A DNA stretch of 63,570 nt, filler included, from Collodictyon triciliatum (taxonomy: Eukaryota), in the NCBI GenBank assembly GCA_043381765.1. It is 35 parts of 35 records of this genome, joined end to end, with 100 filler letters (N's around TTAATTAATTAA, not from the genome) between each part and the next. Parts side by side here need not be neighbours in the genome. Positions count along the whole stretch, not along the records: positions 57,029 to 58,774 come from JBHJMP010010345.1; positions 58,875 to 60,604 come from JBHJMP010010346.1; positions 60,705 to 62,434 come from JBHJMP010010347.1; positions 62,535 to 63,570 come from JBHJMP010010466.1; 31 more parts are not named here. One strand, given 5' to 3'. This document shows, piece after piece, positions 57,343 through 63,570 of the stretch (position 1 is its first letter; each line of letters opens with the position of its first letter). The notes under the pieces are model-generated. The model was given only the letters and a program-made list of their open reading frames with translations, was not told the DNA's origin and did no database searches. The position numbers were made by a program, and so were the translations under genes.

Positions 57343-58602
57343 TCACGCCCCGTCATCAATAGGTTTGTTTTCTTCAATGTCAAAATCTTCATAATGAGGG
57401 CGGTTAGGGAGGTCCCAGTCAATAGATATGTTTTCAATAGAATCGCTTCTTTGCATGTGAACTGAAATTTGGTTGCTATCAATATTTCCACTTTTATCCC
57501 CATACTCAGATTCATCCGAAGATTCTGTATTAAGGTGGAATCTAGTTGGGCGTTCATCATACTTACGCACAGAGTGAATGGGACGACGAAATCGATACCT
57601 CGACGTGTAGAAGTCTTCATCTTCATCTTCATCTTCATCTGAAAATTGAGGCTCTACAACACGTATTTTCAGCTCATCAGGACTTGGAATGGTTAAACCT
57701 GGATATTTTATGTCAATGGCAGAACTATTCGACTTATTTGTTGCAGAGGAGCTATGAGACTCCTGTGGTCTTGATCCCTTATTGTTCTCATTCACACCAA
57801 TACGATTCCTTGTAGATTTGTATTTAACATATCCTGCTATAAAGAGAGCGACGAAAAATATTCCTGTTGCAACACAAATGGCCTCCAAATAGCGCATAAA
57901 GAAACCTTCAGGTTCATGTGAAGGAGAGGAAGCACGAACGAAGAGAGCATACGAGCGCATTCCATCACATCGACATTCTGTCTGATTCAGATTATGCACA
58001 ACCGATGTCTTGCACGCATGTGTAACCCATTTAGTAGGAAGGATGGATGTCGACGATACACATTGATAAAGAGGGCGGCTAAAGTTCGTAGAAGGATTTG
58101 GAAATGTGACCACGAATGAATTTTTTTCAGCTGCTGACAGGTTTGTGGCGAGCGGAATAATTGTCACCATCGGTGAAGAAACAACGTCACTTGGTATTAG
58201 CATTTTCATGAGAATAGGATTGATTGCAATCATAGTCACATAAAAGTCATCTCTTTGATACATATTCATTTCTAGAGATACGGAAATGTGGGTTTTTTGA
58301 TTAAGTGATTTCTCAAGTGCAACCGAGGGATAATCGGCACACAAAGTCGTGGTGGTAGAAGCTATTTCTGATGACTTCGCTGTGTAAGGTTCACTGTAAC
58401 AAGAGTATTTCTTTCTTGAGAGATCGGATATTTTGCTCATCAGATAGGTTGTGTTGACATATAAATTTCCAATTATATCTGTTAGCTCCTGCGATTTTTT
58501 GGACGGCAAATACTCTCTCGTCACTATCATTTTTGATATTATCGAGTCCATTATTTGCAAAAGAATTGATCCGGTGCGCAGAGAAGTTTCCATAGGAGAC
58601 AT
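57343..58602 (-). CDS. GAIN/GPS-domain single-pass membrane protein, long last exon
   Basis: YQC..KWVTHAC..TECRCDGMRSYALF GPS-like motif, then one TM (ICVATGIFFVALFIAGYV) and an acidic tail. Confidence 0.7.
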   Translation of the reverse strand: MSPMETSLRTGSILLQIMDSIISKMIVTREYLPSKKSQELTDIIGNLYVNTTYLMSKISDLSRKKYSCYSEPYTAKSSEIASTTTTLCADYPSVALEKSLNQKTHISVSLEMNMYQRDDFYVTMIAINPILMKMLIPSDVVSSPMVTIIPLATNLSAAEKNSFVVTFPNPSTNFSRPLYQCVSSTSILPTKWVTHACKTSVVHNLNQTECRCDGMRSYALFVRASSPSHEPEGFFMRYLEAICVATGIFFVALFIAGYVKYKSTRNRIGVNENNKGSRPQESHSSSATNKSNSSAIDIKYPGLTIPSPDELKIRVVEPQFSDEDEDEDEDFYTSRYRFRRPIHSVRKYDERPTRFHLNTESSDESEYGDKSGNIDSNQISVHMQRSDSIENISIDWDLPNRPHYEDFDIEENKPIDDGA

Positions 58603-58874
58603 TCCTGTTTTTATTAATTACAAAAGATAACACAAAATTAGTTAAAAGAAAAAGGAACTGAAATATTCTGTCAAGTTTTCTCTTGAATGCTATTTTAGCA
58701 CACAGAACAAACCAAAAACACAAAAAAAAACAAAAAAAAAAAAACAAAAAAAAAAAAAAAAAAAAAAAAAAAAANNNNNNNNNNNNNNNNNNNNNNNNNN
58801 NNNNNNNNNNNNNNNNNNTTAATTAATTAANNNNNNNNNNNNNNNNNNNNNNNNNNNNNNNNNNNNNNNNNNNN

Positions 58875-60165
58875 TTGCGGAGAGAACGGGTCACTTTCCT
58901 TGCGTTTCTTGCTGGGCGACTCAGACAAAAAGCATACATCATTGATTGTCTGGTATTCAATGAAAGTGGCGCTTGACCGTCCCCAGGTTTCGGAACCATG
59001 CGTAGCCGGCAGTGGACTTTGCTTAACCGGAGTATGGATATGTGTTTGTGGTTTTAGAAACATACACTCCTGCTTGCTCGGACTGTCTTTAGTGTGTGAA
59101 GTTCCAAGCTTGGATTCGACTTGTGGTGTTTGCTCTTGCTTCTTGGTTCTCGGTGCGACAGGCTGGGGCAGGGTAAACGGACTATCTTTGGTGGGCGCTG
59201 ATTCTTGTGTTTCTTCGATTTGGAGTATCCTTTCGGATAAGTGACAAAGACTTCCTTGATGCCTCCTATGTTAGCCATATTCACGTCAGTCTGAATGGGT
59301 AGTTTAAGGGGATTTCTTTCGGGGTTTGGAGATGCGCTGCTCTTGGGTCTTGCGATGAGCGTGCTTGTCCAGCGTTGGCGGTGGAGGGCTCGAGTGCGAG
59401 GATTCTGAAGAGGAACCGAGATTTCCTTCCATGTCATCGTCGCTGTCGCTGTATGCGCGTATCTTCTGTGAGTCTTGCGGACTCTGTTGTTTCCTGGCCT
59501 TGGCTTCCTTGACCCCGTTGCTGCTTGTCTGCTTGGCGGGTGTATTCTTTTTGCGGGGTTTTTACTTGTCGTTCGTTGTTCGCGGCTGGCGGACGCTCTT
59601 TGAGGATGCGCTTTGGACACTTTTTGCCCATGACCGTAGACTTTGCAGGGAGCTGGTTCTTGTGACAAAGAAGCTTCACCAAGGCCGTGTCTGTGAAGAA
59701 GCCTTTGTTCTTTTTTGGTCTCCCCGTGGGTCGGTCTGAACGGCTTCAGCTCCTCACGAAGGAGTTGCGGCCACACGTTCAGCGGTAGTTGGTAGGGCAT
59801 CACCGAGGTCTCTGTTGGTTTACTCCCGCTGAAGCTGATTGTAATATCGCTCAAACTTACCTGCTTCAGCTCTACAAGCTTTCGGGCGTTTTCTGCAGTG
59901 CGGAAGGCAATCAAGCAAAGGCCTTCGCTGTCCGGTAAGCGCAATTGGACAGACTCTTCCCAATTTTTGTTCGCTTTCAAGAGAGGCAAGCGCATCTGTG
60001 AGCCTACGGGTCTTGTTCTTGTTATAAACGACTTACTCGACCCCGTGCAAAAATACTATCCGCTCAGACGGACTTGCAGGCGGCTTTCTTGCACGGGTTT
60101 CTTCCTGGACTTACATGCAACTCGGGGTTTTTCCGCACCAATGTCGGAACCAGAAGAACTGGCAG
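58875..60165 (-). mobile_element. Non-LTR retrotransposon family copy C: L1/Tx1 ORF1-like gene with frameshifts
   Basis: LIAFRTAENARKL..VMPYQLPLNVWPQLLREELKPF..KGFFTDTALVKL..LPAKSTVMG resembles Tx1/L1 ORF1 RRM-type modules; its 3' half matches copies A and B. Confidence 0.7.
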
Positions 60166-60604
60166 TGTAATCAGTTTATCTTCGACCGATACGATTTTAT
60201 TGACCTTCGCTCCATGATGAGGGTTTTGTAGAGGTTGACATGAGAACGTCTCTTTCTTTTTCCAGTGTCCTTCTCTATATGTTGCTTTTTTCTTGAATTA
60301 GCTGGATTTCTCGTTGAGCACGGAGATGAGCTTCTCTTTGACTGCCTTCCAGTCGGCGTCTATCGGTTCATCCTCTGGCGTGTTGAAGTGAGACCTCATA
60401 CTGTGACTGATTTCTTCTACAGCTTCCGGGTCGTTGTATGCTCTCCAATCGATACGCTTCGGAGATGCTGGTTTTCCTCCAGCTGTGTACAGGAACGACA
60501 CTATGGCACTGTGGTCCGATAGGTTCGTATCGAATGTGTGCATCCATTTGAACCATGGCGACGTCTCGGCATTGCACAGGAACCGGTCAATTCTGCTCCA
60601 CGTC
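60166..60604 (-). pseudogene. L1/Tx1 ORF2 apurinic-type endonuclease C-terminus and linker fragment
   Basis: TWSRIDRFLCN..NLSDHSAIV..WKAVKEKL..YRSKIN*L. Confidence 0.85.
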
Positions 60605-60882
60605 NNNNNNNNNNNNNNNNNNNNNNNNNNNNNNNNNNNNNNNNNNNNTTAATTAATTAANNNNNNNNNNNNNNNNNNNNNNNNNNNNNNNNNNNNNNNN
60701 NNNNATGATTATCATTATTCATTCTTATTCTTAATTTATATGGTTAGAGAACCAAAGTCAACATCCCCGCCATCTCGTACAAATTGAAAGGATCAATAAA
60801 AAAAAATCATTATGATTGTTACCATTATACTATTATATATTCATTAATTTGTTACTATTATGTGCTTTACAGTAAGACTTAC

Positions 60883-62434
60883 CTTTTTGAGAACTAAGTA
60901 CATCAGCACGTTCAACGACTGGTTCAACAACCTTCTCATCAACCGGCTCAATAACAGGTTCAATAACTGGCTCAACAATTGGTTCAACAGAAGGTTCAAC
61001 AACCTTCTCATCAATCGGCTCAATAACAGGTTCAATAACTGGCTCAACAATTGGTTCAACAGAAGGTTCAACAACCTTCTCATCAATCGGCTCAACAGAA
61101 GGTTCAACAGAAGGTTCAACAACTGGTTCAACAACTGGTTCAACAACTGGTTCAATGACTGGTTCAATGACTGGTTCAACAACCTTCTCAATAACAGGTT
61201 CAATAACTGGCTCAACAACTGGTTCAATAACAGGTTCAATAACTGGCTCAACAATTGGTTCAACAGAAGGTTCAACAACCTTCTCATCAATCGGCTCAAC
61301 AGAAGGTTCAACAACTGGTTCAACAACTGGTTCAACAACTGGTTCAACAACTGGTTCAACAACTGGTTCAATGACTGGTTCAATGACTGGTTCAATGACT
61401 TGTTCAACAACCTTCTCAATAACTGGTTCAATAACTGGCTCAACAACTGGTTCAATAACTGGTTCAATAACTGGTTCAATAACTGGTTCAACAACAGGTT
61501 CGACAACTGGTTCAATGACTGGTTCAATGACTGGTTCAATAACTGGTTCAATGACTGGTTCAATGACTGGTTCAACAACAGGTTCGACAACTGGCTCGAC
61601 AGCAGGTTTAACAATTGGTTCAACAACCTTCTCAACGACTGGCTCAGCAACTGGCTCAACGACCGATTCAACAACTGGCTCAATAACAGGTTTAACAATT
61701 GGTTCAACAACCTTCTCAACAACCGGCTCAACGACTGGCTCAGCAACTGGCTCAACGACTGATTCAACAACTGGTTCAACAACTGGCTCAATAACAGGTT
61801 CAATAACAGGTTCAACAACCTTCTCATCGACTGGCTCAACAACCTTCTCAATAACTTGTTCAATAACTGGCTCAATAACTGGCTCAACAACTGGTTCAAC
61901 AACCTTCTCAATAACTGGTTCAATAACTGGCTCGACAACTGGTTCAATAACTGGTTCAATAACTGGCTCAATAACAGGTTCAACAACCTTCTCATCGACT
62001 GGCCCAACAACTGGTACAATGACTGGTTCAATAACAGGTCTAACAACTGGTTCAACGACTGGCTCAACAACTGGTTCAACAACTGGCTCAATAACAGGTT
62101 CAACAACCTTCTCATCGACTGGCTCAACGACTGGCTCATCGACCGGCTCAACAACCTTCTCATCGACTGGCTCAGCAACTGGCTCAACAATCTTCTCAAC
62201 GACTGGTTCAGCCACTGGCTTCATTCTTCCAGATGAATGTCCGGTATCTATTTTTTCTTTCAGAGCAGGCGATTCAGCTGATAGAATTGAAGATTCCTTT
62301 AGTTCTGACTTTGGAGAACCTTGCGTCTGCGGGGACATGTTTGTTGTGTTGGCATGTTTTTCCTTCGACAGGTTTTGATAGCTTGCGATATTTGTCACTG
62401 AAGGCACAGAAGCTGCTTTATTCTTGGACTTTTT
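60883..62434 (-). CDS. Large exon encoding about 110 tetrapeptide repeats (EPVV/EPVI/EKVV; 12-nt period)
   Basis: Non-repetitive flanks are open in the same frame; the exon ends at a GGTAAGT donor near 60882. Confidence 0.65.
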
Positions 62435-62534
62435 NNNNNNNNNNNNNNNNNNNNNNNNNNNNNNNNNNNNNNNNNNNNTTAATTAATTAANNNNNNNNNN
62501 NNNNNNNNNNNNNNNNNNNNNNNNNNNNNNNNNN

Positions 62535-63470
62535 TAAATCACCATCCTCTCAGGGAAACACAAGACGGACAACGCATCCCACTCGGTCTTTTTCGTAATG
62601 TCTTTATATGACCAATCCTGTGCATGGTTTGCACGGTCTTCTTTTCGCTTACAAATGCCAAAGAAATACCCGAAGTTGTATCCGACACGAGGTCGTTTCC
62701 ATCCCTATCAAAAAATCGACCGGCGCGAGCTCTGGGTGAGGCTTTCGTTGGGCGCGGCTACATGAGTCGGGAGGCAGATCTGCTTGCCTGCAACAAGTTC
62801 GTCGAGGCCCTCACCAGCGTACGAGACCAGAGGGGCGATACTTCACACATCCCAGCGGCCTCTTGAGGAGGGTAAGAGTCCCGCAGATATCTTGATAGAT
62901 AGTAATTGAGATAGATATTCAAATGATTCTCTTTGATTACAGCCATGCAAAGCACACAACACCCGAGAGATGGCACGGGGATGATGAAAGTGGGGGTGAT
63001 TGTCGAGGGTTTATCCGCCTCAAGCAGGAATGAGGTTGGGCCGTCGGGTCTCACGGCCCAGTCCGACAGGCAGAGAGGTGAGTAGCCTCCAGCCGAGACC
63101 AGCGCTTGGGGGTCTCCTACTGGGCCTGGGAGATAAAGTCCCTGACCAAGAGGAGGGAGTCGAGGGCGAAGGCGATGGGGATGTCAGGGAAGGGGAACTC
63201 TTCGCCCACAAACTCGACTATTGAAAAGAGGCTGGGTTAGCACTGTGCCAGAGAGTGTTTCGTGTGGGTTGTGCGTGGGCGGCCCACTCGGCGACAACAA
63301 AGTCTTTCTTACCCAGTCCAGACAGGTAGATGTTCATGTCGTGAGTTGGCTCGTACTCTTGCGACTCCAGGAACTCTTCGACAAACCCGCTGAGACCCTC
63401 CTCAAGAAGCGTCACATACCGTCCGGGGAGGCCGCGCAGATATCGATCGATGGACTGGCGCTGTGCAGTC
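62535..63470. other. GC-rich, coding-like but stop-interrupted sequence (possible pseudogene or mobile-element relic)
   Basis: Short protein-like frames on the - strand broken by stops; no motif recognised. Confidence 0.25.
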
Positions 63471-63570
63471 TTTTTTTTTTTTTTTTTTTTTTTTGTTTTG
63501 CGGTTTTTAGTGTTATTTTTTTTTTTGATATTTAATTTTTATAGGTAATAGAAAGAATAGAAATAACTCG

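Noticed and set aside
60844-62378. Overlapping long ORFs (LLNQ-, NNWF- and TGST-repeat) in other frames
   Set aside because: By-products of a stop-free 12-nt repeat; the EPVV frame has open unique flanks and a splice donor

Overview
This window is not a contiguous locus. It is 35 unrelated contigs of about 1.73-1.78 kb (the last is cut by the window end), mostly in decreasing size order, joined by artificial 100-nt spacers (44 N + TTAATTAATTAA + 44 N). Adjacency across spacers therefore carries no biological meaning. The DNA is from an intron-rich, microsatellite-rich eukaryote that uses the standard code and GT-AG introns. A CudA/STAT-like DNA-binding domain and an AK7-like Dpy-30 motif suggest a possibly flagellated amoebozoan, but this is inference. 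Recognisable host gene fragments: PHO80-like cyclin, S10 carboxypeptidase, GST, LRR protein, ubiquitin variant, TIS11/ZFP36, TPR protein, claudin/amastin-like protein, HMG box, ABCC transporter, RRM protein, COG3, Raptor, M28 aminopeptidase, SNAPC1, cytochrome b561, CTLH/CRA protein and a GPS-domain membrane protein. The most notable items are four. (1) An intact, intronless 537-aa double-jelly-roll-type major capsid gene of a Polinton-like virus (16721-18334), tightly packed between two other ORFs and carrying a large insertion. (2) An L1/Tx1-like retrotransposon family in which the ORF1-like gene runs directly into a 3' UTR and poly(A), with ORF2 pieces (endonuclease, RT) in non-canonical positions. 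(3) A ~55-bp, 30-unit satellite whose core also occurs in a 270-bp tandem repeat on another contig. (4) Two copies of a decayed repeat, possibly Mutator-like. All family assignments come from motif recognition by eye; no database search was run.
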